A DNA stretch of 64,000 bases, taken from NCBI RefSeq assembly GCF_963921235.1, contig NC_086108.1, positions 48,238,001 to 48,302,000 on the forward strand. Reading direction: 5' to 3'. How positions within the stretch are numbered: the stretch's first letter is position 1; the number at the start of each line of letters is the position of its first letter. A model generated the notes under the pieces. It made no database searches, was not told the DNA's origin, and saw nothing but the letters and a program-made list of their open reading frames with translations. The position numbers were made by a program, and so were the translations under genes. The DNA comes from Mobula hypostoma. Taxonomy: Eukaryota. Shown here piece by piece: positions 21,440 through 34,995 of the stretch.

Positions 21440-22620
21440 GCAGTACTGTCCAGGAGCAGCATATTTCTGTTCGAATGAAGGGAAAACCTGGTAATATCAG
21501 GGACTCTTGGCTGATCCGAGATGTCACAAATCTGGTCGAGGAAAAGGAAGAAGTCTACATTGGGTTTAAGGGGTCAAGGGTGAATGAATCTCTAGATAAA
21601 TATAAAAAAAGATTTAAAAATTATCCCAAAAGGAAAATCAGGAGAGCAAAAAGAGGGTATGAGATGGATCTGGCAGGTAAGGTTAAGGAAAATTTGGAGG
21701 TTTTCTGGATGTATTAAGCATAAAAAGGTGGCTATGGAGAGAGCAGGTCCCCTTGGAGATCAGCATGACTACCTATGTCTCAGGCCACAGAAGATGATCA
21801 GATTTTCAGTGAAAACTGTATTTCTAAGTGTCTACTGAGGAGCAAATCACAGTTGCTCAAGTGATGAGGGGGGGAAAAAGTGATGTTTTAGGGGAAATTC
21901 ATATTGCCAGAGAGGAGGTATTTGCAGCCTTATAATGCCTTAAGTGGATAAATCCCCAGGGCCTCACCGTGCATCCTTGGACTTCATGGGAAATGGGAGA
22001 AGAAATTGCAGAGGCCAGGGGTATCAGCATGACCTCTAAGGGGCAGGTCATAACCCTGATTGAATTATTTGAGGAAATGATAAAACAAATCGACAAAGGC
22101 AGAGCAATGGATGAGGTGGATATAGATTTTAATAAGCTTTTTGGTAAGGTTCCCCAGAGTAGCCTCATTCAGAAAGTCTACCATGAGTATGGTATCCAGA
22201 GACACTTAGCTGCTTGCCCCAAGGTGGAAATAGATGGCACAAGGGATGTAATTTTAAGGTGATTGCAGGATAATATAGTGGGGAAGTCAGAGTTAAGTTT
22301 CTTACACAGAGGATGGTAGGTGCATTAAACACGCTACCAGGGGTGGCGGTAGAGGCACGATTGGTTTAACTTTAAGAAATGCATCGCTCACACTTTTCTA
22401 TATTAAAATCCTTCGGCCTTTCTTCGTCCGCTTCCCTAACTGATCGAGGTCCCCCTGTAATCTGCGATAACCTTCTTCCCTTTCAGGACATTTAAAAAGA
22501 CTCTTAGATAGCGACATGGATGAAGGAAAAATGGAGGGTTATGTGGAAGGGAAGGGTTAGGATGATCTAAGGTTGAAAAATCAGCACAACATTGTGGGTT
22601 GAAAAGCCTGTACTGTGCTG
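21440..22620 (+). mobile_element. Old, internally deleted CR1 fragments
   Basis: IRRAKRGYE..LAGKVKEN; DFNKLFGKVP; CR1-like tail near 22600. Confidence 0.7.
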
Positions 22621-22639
22621 TATTGTTCTTTGCAGAGGT

Positions 22640-24018
22640 AAGGTTCCCAAAGATTGGAAGATGGCTAATGTTCCATTGTTTAAGAAGGGTAGCAAGGACA
22701 AGAAAGGAAACACAAGGCTGGTCACCTTGACATCAGTAGTGGGGAAGTAACTGGAGGAATTCCTGAGGGACAGGATTTCCCAGCATCTGGATAGACGGAG
22801 TCTGATCAGGATTCAGCATAGTTTTGTGAGTTTTTTTGAAGCAGTAAACAAAAGGATAGGTGAGGGTTAGGGCAGTGGATGTTGTCAGTTTGAACTTCAG
22901 CAAGGTATTTGACAAGGTACCTCACGGTAGGCTGGTTTGGAAGTTTAGGTCCACAGAATCCAGGTTAGCTGATTAGATGGATTGAAAATTGGCTCATTGG
23001 TAGAAAGCAGAGGGTTACGGTTGAAGGTTCTTTCTCTGAACGGAGACCAGTGATTAGTGGTGTGCCACAGGTGTAGGTAATCCTGTCATTCATTATTTAT
23101 ATAAATGACATGGATGCAAGTACACAAAGTTGGATCACTAAGTTTGCAGATGTCACAAAATCAGAAGGTGTTGTTGAAAGTGATGAAGGTTATCATAGAT
23201 TCTTGGGAGATCTCGATCAGTTAAGGAAGTGGACGAGGAATGGCAAATAGATTTCAATACAGATAAGTGTGAGGTGATGCAATTATGGAAAGTTAAACCA
23301 ATGTAGGACTTATACTATGAATGGTATGGCACTAGGGAGTTTATGGAATAGAGGAACCCAGGAGTACAAGTGCATAATCTATTGAAATCACAGGTAGGAA
23401 AGGTAATGAAAAAGGCTTTTAGCATGCTGGCCTTCACCAAGACACAGAGTATAGGAGCTGGGCAATTATGTTGCAGTTGGTAAGGTCATACTTGGAATAC
23501 TATGTACAGTTTTGATCACCCTGTTATAGGAAGGATGTGGTTAAACTGGAAATAGTGCAGAAAAGATTTATGAGAATGTTGCTAGGCCTAGGGGGCCTGA
23601 GCCAGAGGGAGAGGATGACCAGGCTAGGACTTTATTCCTTCGAATGTAGGAGAATGACGTGCAACCTTATAGAAATGTTTACAATTATGAGATGAGAGGC
23701 ATATGTAATGAGGATTGTAGCAGTCTTTTCCCCAGGGTTTGAATTCCTAAACTAGCCACATAGATTTAAAAGGGACCTGAGGGGCAATGTTTTAAAGCAA
23801 AGGGTGGTGAGTGTGTTGAACAAGCTGCCAGAAGAAGTGGTTGAGGCAGGTAGAATAGTGTCATTGAAGAAGCACGTAGATCGGTACATGGAGGGTCAGG
23901 GCTTGGAGGGGGATGAGCTGAATGCATGTAATTGGGAGTAACTGAGTGGGCACTGTAGGCAGTGTGGATTCTTTGGAACAAAGGGCCTGTATCCATGTTG
24001 TATTGTTCTATGTCTCTA
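22640..24018 (+). mobile_element. Old CR1 RT/3' fragment
   Basis: Degenerate DWKMANV, FSKVFDKVPH, GVPQ, KFAD motifs; tail tgtattgttctatg. Confidence 0.75.
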
Positions 24019-24733
24019 GGGAATTAAAACTCATTAAATATGTTCGTAACTAGATGCAAAATTGTGAATAGTTGAACAATAATTGTTCACAAATGTGAAA
24101 TAATCAGATTTCCAAAATTTGGCAATGGATCTGTTGACCAGAGGCAAAGGGTGTTACATTAAAAGTCACCATGATTGGTGGAATGCACTGTAAGAAAGTG
24201 CTGTGCATGAGTGGTCTGTAAACCATCACTTTGAGGCTTTCACACATAACCACACACTGTGCAAGCTTCTGGAGGTTTCTATCGCCCAGAAAATCAAGTA
24301 CCAGAGTAGGTCTTGTTAATTACAAAAATGAAGAGGATTCGTGAAAGAGACAAGTTAACTGCAGCTTCAACATTTATAATGGTTGTCATTTAGGTTGGAA
24401 TATTATGATAATTGTGCAGGTACAGTACATTGTCCCCAAAGCAAGTATATATAATGATTGTGGTCTTTCATAACTCAGTGTTCACAATACTGGAGTAGTT
24501 TTCAATTTCAAGGCATATGATAAATTGCAGGAAAGGAAATTACAAAGAAGATGGAAGAAATGACAAATCTTTTGGCTTTTTGGACAGAATATTGAGATGT
24601 TCAGATTTTGTAGTACATGATTCCTTCCAGCATTGCCCCCGCGCTCCCCCCCCCCCGCCCCCAGCCAGGGCTGTCTTTCTCAGAGAGGTGGATTGGCAAG
24701 TAAAAGGCCAGTTCCTCTCCAGTAAACCTTTAG

Positions 24734-27700
24734 AACGATAGAACCATAGAACACTACGGCACAGAAACAGGCCATTCGGACCTTCTAGTCTGTGCAGAAA
24801 CTTTATTCCGCTAGTCCCATTGACCTGCACCCAGTCCATAACCCCCAGACCTCTCCCATCCATGTATCTATCCAATTTAATCTTAAAACTTAAGAGTGAG
24901 ACCGCATTTACCATATCAGATGGAGCTCATTCCACACTCGCTCCACTCTGAGTGAAGAAGTTCCCCCTAATGTTCCCCTTAAACCTTTCCCCCTTTCACC
25001 CTAAAGCCATGTCCTCTTGTATTTATCTCTCCTAATCTAAGTGGAAAGAGCCTACTCGCATTTACTCTGTCTATGCCCCTCATAATTTTGTAAACCTCTA
25101 TCAAATCCCCCCTCATTCTTCTACGCTCCAAGGAATAAAGTCCTAACCTGCTCAATCTTTCCCTGTAACTCAACTCCTGAAGACCCGGCAACATCCTAGT
25201 AAATCTTATCTGCACTCTTTCAATTTTACTGATATCCTTCCTATAGTTAGGTGACCAGAGCTGCACACAGTACTCCAAATTTGGCCTCACCAATGTTTTA
25301 TACAACCTCCCCATAACATCCCAACTCCTATACTCAATACTTTGATTTATGAATGCCAGGATGCCAAAAGCCTTCTTTACAACCCTGTCTACCTGTGACG
25401 CCACTTTCAGGGAATTATGCACCTGAACTCCCAGATCCCTTTGTTCCTCCGCACTCCTCAGGGCCCTACCATTTACTGTGTATGTCCTACCTTAATTTGT
25501 CCTTCCAAAATGCAACACCTCACATGTCTGCATTAAATTCCATCTGCCATTTTCTGGCCCATTTTTCCAATTGGTCCAGATCCCTCTGCAAGCTTTGAAA
25601 GCTTTCCTCACTGTCCACAACGCCTCCAATCTTAGTGTCATCAGCAAACTTGCTGATCCAATTTACCACATTGTCATCTAGATCATTGATATAGACAACA
25701 AACAACAATGGTCCCAGCACAGATCCCTGAGGCACACCACTAGTCACAGGGCTCCAGTCTGAGATGCAATCATCCACTACCACTCTCTGTCTTCTCCCAC
25801 ACAGCCAATTTCGAATCCGGTTTACAACCTCTCCATGGATACCTAGTGTCTGAACCTTATGAACTAACCTCCCATGTGGAACCTTGTCAAAGGCCTTACT
25901 AAAGTCCATGTAGACAACATCCACAGCCTTTCCTTCGTCTACTTTCTTGGTAACCTCCTCGAAAAACTCTACAAGATTCGTTAAACATGATCTACCATGC
26001 ACAAATCCATGTTGACTATCCCTAATCAGCCCTTGGCTGTCCAAATACTTGTATATCTGATCACTCAGAACACCTTCCAATAATTTACCTACTACTGATG
26101 TCAGGCTCACTGGCCTGTAATTACCTGGTTTACTTTTGGAGCCTTTTTTAAACAACGGAACATCATGAGCTACCCTCCAATCCTCCGGCACTGCACCCGT
26201 GGCTAAGGACATTTTAAATATTTCTGCCAGGGCCCCTGCAATTTCTACACTAATCTCTCTCAATGTCCGAGGAAATATCATGTCAGGCCCAGGGGATTTA
26301 TCTACCTTTATTCGCTGTAAGGTAGCAAGCACCACCTCCTCTTTAATCTCTGTGTTCCATGACACTACTGCTTGTTTCCCTTCCTTCCATATACGCTATG
26401 CCAGTTTCCTGAGTAAATACTGATGCAAAAAAAACTGTTTAAGATCTCCCCCATCTCGTGAGGCTCCACACATAGACAACCACTCTGATCTTCTAGGGGA
26501 CCAATTTTTTCCCATATTATCCTTTTACTTTTAATATACTTGTAGAAACCCTTCGGGTTTACCTTCACATTATCTACCAAAGCAACCTCATGTCTTCTTT
26601 TTGTCTTCCTGATTTCCTTCTTTAGTATTTTCTTACATTTTCTATACTCTTCAAGTACCTCATTTGTTCTTTGTTGCCTATACCTGCTATACACCTCTCT
26701 CTTTTTCTTAACCAGATCGCCAATATCCCTTGTAAACCAAGGTTCCCTATGCCTGTTAACTTTGCCTTTAATCCTGGCAGGAACATGCAAACTCTGCACT
26801 CTCAAAATTTCGCCTTTGAAGGCTTTCCACTTAATGAACACACCCTTGCCAGAAAACAACTTATCCCAATCCACTCTTCCTAGATCCTTTCTCATTTCCA
26901 CAAAGTTGGCCCTTCTCCAATTTAGAACCTCAACTTAAGGACCAGACCTGTCCTTATCCATAGTTAACTTGAAACTAATGACATTATGGTCACTGGACCC
27001 AAAATATTCGCCTCCACATACTTCTGTTACCTGACCTGTCTGGTTCCCTAATAGGAGATCAAGTATTGCATCCTCTCTCATAGATACCTCTATGTATTGA
27101 TTTAGAAAACTTTCCTGAACACATTTGACAAACTCCAAGCCATCTAGCCCTTTCATAGTGTGGGAGTCCCAGTCAATATGTGGAAAGTTAAAATCCCCTA
27201 CCATTACAACTTTCTGTTTCTTACATCAGTCTGCTATCTCTCTACAGATTTGCTCCTCCAATTCTCTCTGACTATTGGGCGGTCTATAGTACAACCTTAT
27301 TAGTGTGGTCACACTTTTCCACCCATATGGCCTCTGTAGACAAGCCCTCCAGGCTGTCCTATCTATACACAGCTGTGATATTTTCCCTGACTAGTAATGC
27401 CACTCCTCCCCCTTTTATCCCTCCCCCTCTATCACGTCTGAAACAATGGAACCCCGGAACATTAAGCTGCTAGTCCTGCCCCTCCTGCAACCAAGTCTCA
27501 CTAATAGCAATAATATCGTAATCCCACGTGCCAATCCACGCTGTAAACTCATCTGCCTTACCTACAATACTCCTTGTATTGAAATAGATGCACCTGAGAA
27601 CATCTCTATCACGTACAAACCTTTGATTTCTGTCTATGTATGCAGTCCTTGCATGACCTTTGTCCTCCTCCACTTCACTATCTGCTCTAACACTATGGTT

Positions 27701-28990
27701 CCCCTCCCCCTGCAAATCTAGTTTAAACCGCGCACGCCCCCCCCCCGGGAGCATCACTAGCAAACCTACGCGCAAGGATGTTAGTCCCCCTCCAGTTCAG
27801 GTGCAAACCATCCCGTCGGAACAGGTCCCACCTTCCCTGGAACAAAGCCCAATTGTCTAGAAACATGAAGCATTCCCTCCTGCACCATCTCCATAGCCAC
27901 GTACTTAGCTGCATTATCTTCCTATTTCTAGCCTCACTAGCACGTGGCATGGGTAGCAATCCTGAGATTGCAACCCTGGAGGTCCTGTCCTTCAACTTTG
28001 CACCTAACTCCCTAAACTCTCTTTGCAGGACCTCTTCCTCCTTCGTATCCACGTCATTGGTCTCTATATGGACCACAACATCTGGCTGCTCACCCTCCCT
28101 CCTGAGAACCGAGAACTTGATCTGAGATGTCGTGGACCCTGGCATCAGAGAGGCCACAGACCATCCGGGATTCTCGATCTCTCTCACATAACCTCTTATC
28201 TGACCCCCTAACTATCGAATCCCCTATCACTACTGCTCTCCTCTTTTCCCTCCTTCCCTTCTGAGCTGAGGGTCCAGTCTCGGTGCCAGAGACGCGACCA
28301 CTACAACTTGTCCCTGGTAGGTCGTCCCCACCAACAGTATCCAAAATGGTATACTTATTGTTGATGGGAACAGCCACAGGGGTGCTCTGCTCTTTCTGTC
28401 TATTCCCCTTCCCTCTCCTGACAGTCAACCAGCTACCTCCTCCTGACTTTTAGGGGTGACTGTCTCCCTGTAACTCCTGTCTATTTCTGCCTCTGCCTCA
28501 CGAATGATCCGAAGTTCATCCAGCTCCAGCTCCCTAACTTGGTTTGTCAGGAGCTGAAGCTGGATGCACCTTTCACAGGTGTAATCATCAGGGAAAATTG
28601 TGCTCGCCCTAACTTCCCACATATTGCAAACGGAGCACTCGACTGCTCTAACTGCTGCCTCCATTTCCTACTCCTCTTAATTAGGTTAATTAAAGGAACT
28701 TACCCAGCCTTACCTCACTGGGAGCAGGCTCAGCATCTGTTCGCCGAAGCCTCTCGAGCCAAAGCCGCAAAGCTCCACTCCTGCCCTGAACCACTCACAC
28801 ACTGGCCGCTCCTCTTCAGTTATCTCTCCTTTTATTTGTCCCTGCCAATTATCTTAAGTACTCACTCCCCCTAATCAACACTCTGTTTAGCCTTTCAGTT
28901 GCCCTCCACACTCCTTTTAAAGCACACTCACCTCAGCTCCTCAGCTGCTTCCCAGCACTCAGCACTCTCCCGAGCCCTTTGCTCCTTGTC
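24734..28990 (-). mobile_element. Near full-length CR1 LINE (ORF1 zinc finger + SGNH esterase; ORF2 APE + RT), frameshifted
   Basis: ORF1 pieces: CSVC..CERC (28425..28664), VIGDS (28090..28428), DGLHLN (27723..28187). ORF2 pieces: ISETW, GDFN, SDH, NYRPVSL, PQGSVLGP, FADD. 8-bp tail repeats (tagaacca-like) at 24734-24755. Confidence 0.93.
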
Positions 28991-29464
28991 CTGCTGCGAT
29001 GGTCCCGCGATCACACTTTGATAACTGATGAGGCCCCACCTATAGTCTGTGAAAATGCTTATGCAGCTAAAGTGTGAACAAAATGTATTAGATACAGATC
29101 TCTATAAGTATGACAAAATATACAATGAATTTTATGATTTTTGACAAAATCCTTAAGTTTCAGAATTATCTTAGATATCTCTATTCTGAATTTGTACGAT
29201 GCTTTATACCAACTTGGCTCAAGCCTCTAGCAATAATTTGAGAAGGTGATAACAAGAATACCTCTGAAATTGTAGAAATTTTGATAAATATTTTGCAAAG
29301 TGGTGTGAGATCATTGTTTAATACTGGTCCTTTGACAATCGCACTGCAGGGTTGACCGTGATGAGTGTGATATCAAATGATAATCCTGTGTTGCCCATGT
29401 TCATCAAAGTCCATAAAAGCAAAAGGATTCATTTTGTGCAAATAATTTGTACCTTCTCTTACAG

Positions 29465-29624
29465 AACGATGAACTCATTATCCAGCGTTTGGGGAATTTC
29501 AGCGTGGAATCAGATGGCAGTTTATTAATTCTTTCTCCAAGTGGTGCAGAGACTGGGGAATTTGTGTGCACAGCCACAAATGCTGCAGGCTACACCACAC
29601 GCAAAGTTCAGCTGACTGTTTATG
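29465..29624 (+). CDS. HMCN1: Hemicentin-1 exon, phase 0>1
   Basis: ttacag|AAC...TATG|gtatga; NDELIIQRLGNFSVESDGSLLILSPSGAETGEFVCTATNAAGYTTRKVQLTVY; 160 bp. Confidence 0.92.
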
Positions 29625-29841
29625 GTATGAGTACATTTTTAATCTTTTCATACGATAAAAAATATTAGAAATTGCAGGCACTAGCTTGTAGAATGTGTTA
29701 ACTGTTGATGGTAGTGCAGCTCTTTTATACTGACCCGGTAATCATATTTTTAATACTTCTCCAATAATGTTTAATCCCCTCCCCTGATCTTATAAAATAT
29801 AACAATTTCTGGTTGTTATATTTAACAAATGAGGCTATGTA

Positions 29842-31458
29842 CAGTGCCTTTAAAAAGTATTCACCCCCTTGAAAGCTTTCATGTTTAATTGTTTTACAAC
29901 ATTGAATCACAGTGGATTTAATTTGGCGCTTTTGACACTGATAAACAGAAAAGACTCTTTCATGTCAAAGTGAAAACAAATTTCTACAAATTGGTCTAAG
30001 TTTATTACAAGTATTAAACACAAAATAATTGATTGCATAATTACTCACCCCCTTCAAGTCAGTATTTAGTAGACGCACCTTTGGCAGCAATTACAGCCTA
30101 GAGTCTGTGTGGATAGGTCTCTATCAGCTTTGCACATCTGGGCACTGCAATTTTTCCCCATTCTTCTTTGCAAAGCTGCTCAAGCTGTGTAAGCATGGGG
30201 TTGTGAGTGAACAGCCTTTTCAAGTCTTGCCACGAATTCTCAATTGGATTGAGGCCTGGACTCTGACTTAGCCACTCCAGGACATTAATTTTGTTGTTTT
30301 TAAGTTAATCCTGTGTAGCTGTGTCTTTATGCTTGGAGTCATTATCTTGCTGGAAAACATATCTTCTCCCAAGTTGTAGTTCTCTTGCAGACACCATCAG
30401 ATTTTCCTTGAGGATTTCCTTGTATTTTGCTGCATTCATTTTACCCTCCACAAGTCTTCCAGGGCCTGCTGCAGTGAAGCAGCCCCACAGCATGATGCAG
30501 CCACCACCATGCTTCGTGGTAAGGATGGTGTGTTTTTGATGATGTGCGGTGTTTGGCTTATGCCAAACATAGTGTTCAGTCTGATGGCCAATTTTGGTTT
30601 AATCAGACCATAGATCCTTCTTCCAGCTGACTTCAGAGTCTCCCACATGTGTTCTGGCAAACTCTAGCCAAGATTTCATGTGAGTTTTTTTTCAACAGTG
30701 GCTTTCTCTTTGCCACTCTCCCATAAAACTGTGACTTGTGTAGCAGCCGGGCAACAGTTGTATGCGCAGTCTGTCCCATCTCAGCCACTGAAGCTTGTAA
30801 CTGCTCCAGAGCTGTCACAGGTCTCTTGGTGGCCTCCCTCACTAGTCCCCCTCTTACAGGTCACTCAGTGTTTGAGGATGGACTACTCTAGGCAGACTTA
30901 CAGCTGTGCCATATTGTTTCCATTTCTTGATGATTGACTTCACTGTACTCCAAGGGATATTCAGTGACTTGGAGATTTTCTTGTATCTATCTCCTGACTA
31001 ATGTTTCTCAAGAACCTTCTCACGGAGTTGCTTGGAGTGTTCTTTGTCTTCATGGTGTAGATTTTCCCAGGATACTAACTCACCACCAGTTGGACCTGCC
31101 AGATACAGGTGTATTTTCACTACAATCATTTGAAACACCTTGACTGCACACTGGTCTCCACAAACAGATCTCCATTTAACTAATTATGTGACTTCTATAA
31201 CCAATTGGCTGTACCAGTGATGATTTGGTATGTCATGTTAAAGGACGTGAATACTGATGTAATCAATTATTTTGTGTTTTATATTTGTAATTAATTTCGA
31301 TCACTCTGTAGAGATCTGTTTTTACTTTGACACAAAAGAGTCTCTTTCTGTTGATTAGTGTCAAAAAAGCCATATTAGATCCACTGTGATTCAATGTTGT
31401 ACAACAATAAAATATGAAAATTTCCAAGGGGCGGAGTGAATACTTTTTATAGACACTA
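29842..31458 (-). mobile_element. Tc1/mariner transposon with ~210-bp IR/DR-type TIRs; degenerate transposase
   Basis: TA|cagtgcctttaaaaagtattcacccc ... gtgaatactttttatagacact. Transposase remnants MLWGCF, FQQDND.KH, RVAKRKPLL. Confidence 0.9.
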
Positions 31459-31529
31459 TTATTGTGCATTTACTTTTTGTTTCTCTGGATCACTGAATCA
31501 TAAGAATACAAGAAAATAGGATTCAGAAG

Positions 31530-31660
31530 ATAAAAGAGATTCTACAGATGCTCAAAATCATGAACAATGCACACAAAATACTGAAGGAACTCAGCAGATC
31601 TTGCAGCATCTGTGGCGAGAGACAAACATCATTGTTTCAGGCTGAGACCTTTCATCTGTA
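31530..31660 (-). mobile_element. Degenerate PLE 3'-end remnant
   Basis: attctacagatgct...cacacaaaatactgaaggaactcagcag...gtttcaggctgagacctttcatc aligns to 36494-36625. Confidence 0.7.
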
Positions 31661-32006
31661 CCAGTATGGGATCCAGATTAGGCCTTCAGGCCCCTCAAAC
31701 CTGCCCCAATATTCAGAGTGATCATGCTGATCTATGCTCGTTTCAGCTCCTCTTCTCTTTCAGTTCCCAATAACCCTCAGTTCCCAATCTTTCAAATATT
31801 TCTCTGTCTCCACCTTGTATATCTAATGGCTTTTCTTCCTCCAAGCTCATGGGCAAACAATTTCAGAGAATTATCCCGCTCCACATTTCTCCAGACACTG
31901 ACTGACATGCAAGTCTGATGATTGTTTTCCTTCACCGTCCAACCTTGTACACTGTGAGAGGTGGCAGATTGCAAGACGTATCGGTGCCTTCTCTATCCTG
32001 CATGTA

Positions 32007-32492
32007 CACTCAGTGGCTACTTCATTAGGTACACCTGTACACCTGCTCATTAATGTAAATATTTAATCAGCCAAAGTGGCAGCAAATCAATACCTAAAAG
32101 CATGCAGACGTAGTCAAGAGGTTTAGTTGTTTATCAGAGCAAACATCAAAATGGGGAATACAACTGAGCCAAGTGGCCTTGACCGTGGAATGATTGTTAA
32201 TGCCAGAGGTGGTAGTTCGAGGATCTCAGAACTTGCTGATCTCCTGGGATTTTCACGTACAACATTTTCTAGAGTTTACAGAGAATAGTGCTAAAAACAG
32301 ACATCCAGCAAGCGGCAGTTCTTTGGGCTAAAATGCCTTGATAATGAGAGAGGTCAGAGGAGAATGGCCAAACTGGTTCAAGCTGACAGGAAGGCGACAG
32401 TAGTTCAAATAAGTACATGTTACAACAGTGGTGTGCAGAAGAGCATCTCTGAACTTTATTAGAGGCAGGAGATAACTAATGGCTACTGAGTG
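32007..32492. mobile_element. Non-autonomous Tc1-derived element
   Basis: TA|cactcagtggc ... gctactgagtg inverted termini; internal sequence resembles a Tc1 transposase N-terminus. Confidence 0.7.
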
Positions 32493-32809
32493 CAGATGTC
32501 CCTGCTTTTGAAAAATTACAAAACAAAGAGCTATTTGAGCTATTCCTATTTGTTATTGCACTGTATTTTCAATATTTCTGAAAAATTCATGTTTTTTAAT
32601 AACCCATGGTGACCATTGCAAGTTTTAATTCAGAATTATTTCCAATAATACATGATTTTCAAAGGAAATCTGATATTCTAAAATGACAATTTTAGTGATA
32701 AAATAGCAGTGTTAGTAACATACCAACAAAACTAAGAGGGATTTGCAGCTAAGTAAAGAATATAAAATTTCTTGGCTCCACACTTTGTTGATTGTGAGCA
32801 TAGTCTTAA

Positions 32810-33330
32810 ATTACAGAACAATATTGATCAATTGGTAATTTTGCTGGAGCAATGGCAGATGTACTTCAATCCTGATAAGTGCTAGATGGTGTATTTTTGG
32901 AAGTCTTGTAAGGATAGAGCATATACAGTGAATGGTAGGGTCTTAAGGAATATTTAGGATCAGAAGGACTTTGGTATTCAAGTCCGTAGTTCTGTGAAGG
33001 CTGCAATGCAGGCAGTGAAGATGACATAACAGACATCCCACCCTGCAAAAACTCGTTTCAGGGAGGTAGCACCATCAATTTGCGGGAGACTCTCTTGCAC
33101 TCTCGCTTGCTTTCTCTCTCGCTCGCACTCTCTCAAAAACATTGATTTCCGTGATATTGTATATAATTTGCGGGCATCAGGGAGCCACTATTCATATGCG
33201 GGAGGCTCCCGGAACTTCTGGGAGAGGTGGGATGTCTGACATAAAGGAAGTGGGCTGCCTTTGGCCTGGCCACAGAATTAGAAGAACATGGATATCATGG
33301 TACAACTTTATAAAACTCAGTTTAGGCACA
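32810..33330 (+). mobile_element. Old CR1 fragment interrupted by a MITE
   Basis: aatggcagatgtacttcaatcctgataagtg (WQM.FNPDKC) ... gtacaactttataaaac. Confidence 0.6.
33030..33238. mobile_element. 209-bp MITE with 13-bp TIR and 6-bp TSD
   Basis: acataa|cagacatcccacc ... ggtgggatgtctg|acataa. Confidence 0.85.
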
Positions 33331-34149
33331 GGTAATCACAAAGCCAGACTAACTCTGATTGATCAAGTCACAAGAAGAATCAGCAATACTCACAGAGGGA
33401 ACCAGTCAATGCTAAATACTATCCTAATGTGGCTCACATGAGATGCACGAGAAATGCTGAAATATTAAAGATAATGTATTAGAATGAACACAGAAATTAT
33501 ATTACAGGTCTAATTAACAGGCAGCTTTTTCCAATTCCTTATCCTCTTGTTTGGTTAGAGTTCCATAGTAAATGGATTAGTTGCTCCTTATGAGCTGCTA
33601 ATTTCCTATTATTTCAATGAAGTATCTTCTTAGAGAAATATGTACTTCATCCAGTGTGCTTCCCTCTGCTACAGTTTTTTTTAACTTTCCCAAATAAAGA
33701 GTGCCGGATTTCCGTTTGGTACCTTGCCACAGCAATCTAACAAGAAAGTGGAACTCAGTGACAAGAGTTCAAGGAATAAAACCGCCCTGTTATTCCATTG
33801 CATAAGGCAGTACTGCTGCAGACAGCCATGCATAACATTGCAAGAAAATAAAACTTCAAACAATTTACTGCAATTTCTTTTCCTGTGACCAAACTTTCCC
33901 ATTCAATGGCAGAGATGGTTTCAACTGTCGGTTTTCGTACACCTTAATGACAGTCCATACACTTTACCTATTGGTCCAACCACAATAATTAGCATGTTCT
34001 TAGAGTTCGTGAATCTAGCATGCATGGGCCTATAGCTGATCGTCATTTTGGATAAAAACAGAAAAAGAATTCATACTCTGATGCAAGTGGTAATTAGATG
34101 GGATCAAAAACAGGAATCCTTCAACTCCATCATCCTAGATGAGTGAGTA

Positions 34150-34450
34150 AAAAAGTTAAAGTCTGTCCCGAGCCTTTGTGGCCCATCAGGCCAGTGCTTA
34201 TGCCGGTTTCTGTGGTGTGAAGCGACTGAGAGTATGAGACTACACCCCCCCTCCCGGATAGGATGTCAATCTATCGTGAGGTTAACCCCCAGCATTTTGC
34301 CAGTACCCATTTTCAGCTGGGTGGACTGGAGCAGTGTGTGGTTAAATGCCTTGCTCAAAGACACAACACGCTGCCTTGGCCGAGACTCGAACACACGACC
34401 TTCAGATCGTGAGCACAACGCCCTAACCACTTGGCCACGCGCCACACCAG
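34150..34450 (-). mobile_element. tRNA-derived SINE, full length
   Basis: Minus strand: tggccaagtgg (A box) ... gttcgagtc (B box), gcagcgtgttgtgtc..gagcaaggca core. 10-bp TSD tgagtgagta at 34140-34149 and 34451-34460. Confidence 0.85.
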
Positions 34451-34823
34451 TGAGTGAGTATAATATCTTGCTAAATTAAAAACCTGGGGGACATCACCAG
34501 TGCCTCTCCATTGCTTTCACACACAATGTATCTGAGCACTTCTGAAAAGAGTTGACTCGATCGCATTGAAGGCTAAGAGGTATCCAGTATCTCTCAACAT
34601 ACCTCTTCCCAAGTCACGTAATATCAGTTTATATTCTTATTCAATAATCAAAACATGTAAAACATAAAATGCATTTTACTAATAAGCCTATTTTGACCAA
34701 GTATAGCAGTGAGACTTGGTTGTTTTGTTTACAAATGAATGGAATGCTTGACCATTTTAATTCAGAATAACTTCCTACTGCATGTAAGATGGCTTGTAGA
34801 ACTTACTCAAATTTAAATTCCAG

Positions 34824-34995
34824 TTAAACCGAGAATCGTTACTCAGTCAAGAGGAGGATCTGAGAGAAGAAGTCCAAAAGAGTTATCAGTGATCGAAGGA
34901 GAAGATATCACATTGCCTTGTGAAGTCCATAGCTTCCCACCTCCCATTATCCACTGGGCCAAAAATATGCAACTTATCTCTCCTTTTTCACCAAG
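34824..34995 (+). CDS. HMCN1: Hemicentin-1 exon, phase 1>2; not in ORF track
   Basis: ccag|TTAAA...CCAAG|gtaatt; (V)KPRIVTQSRGGSERRSPKELSVIEGEDITLPCEVHSFPPPIIHWAKNMQLISPFSP(R); 172 bp. Confidence 0.92.
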
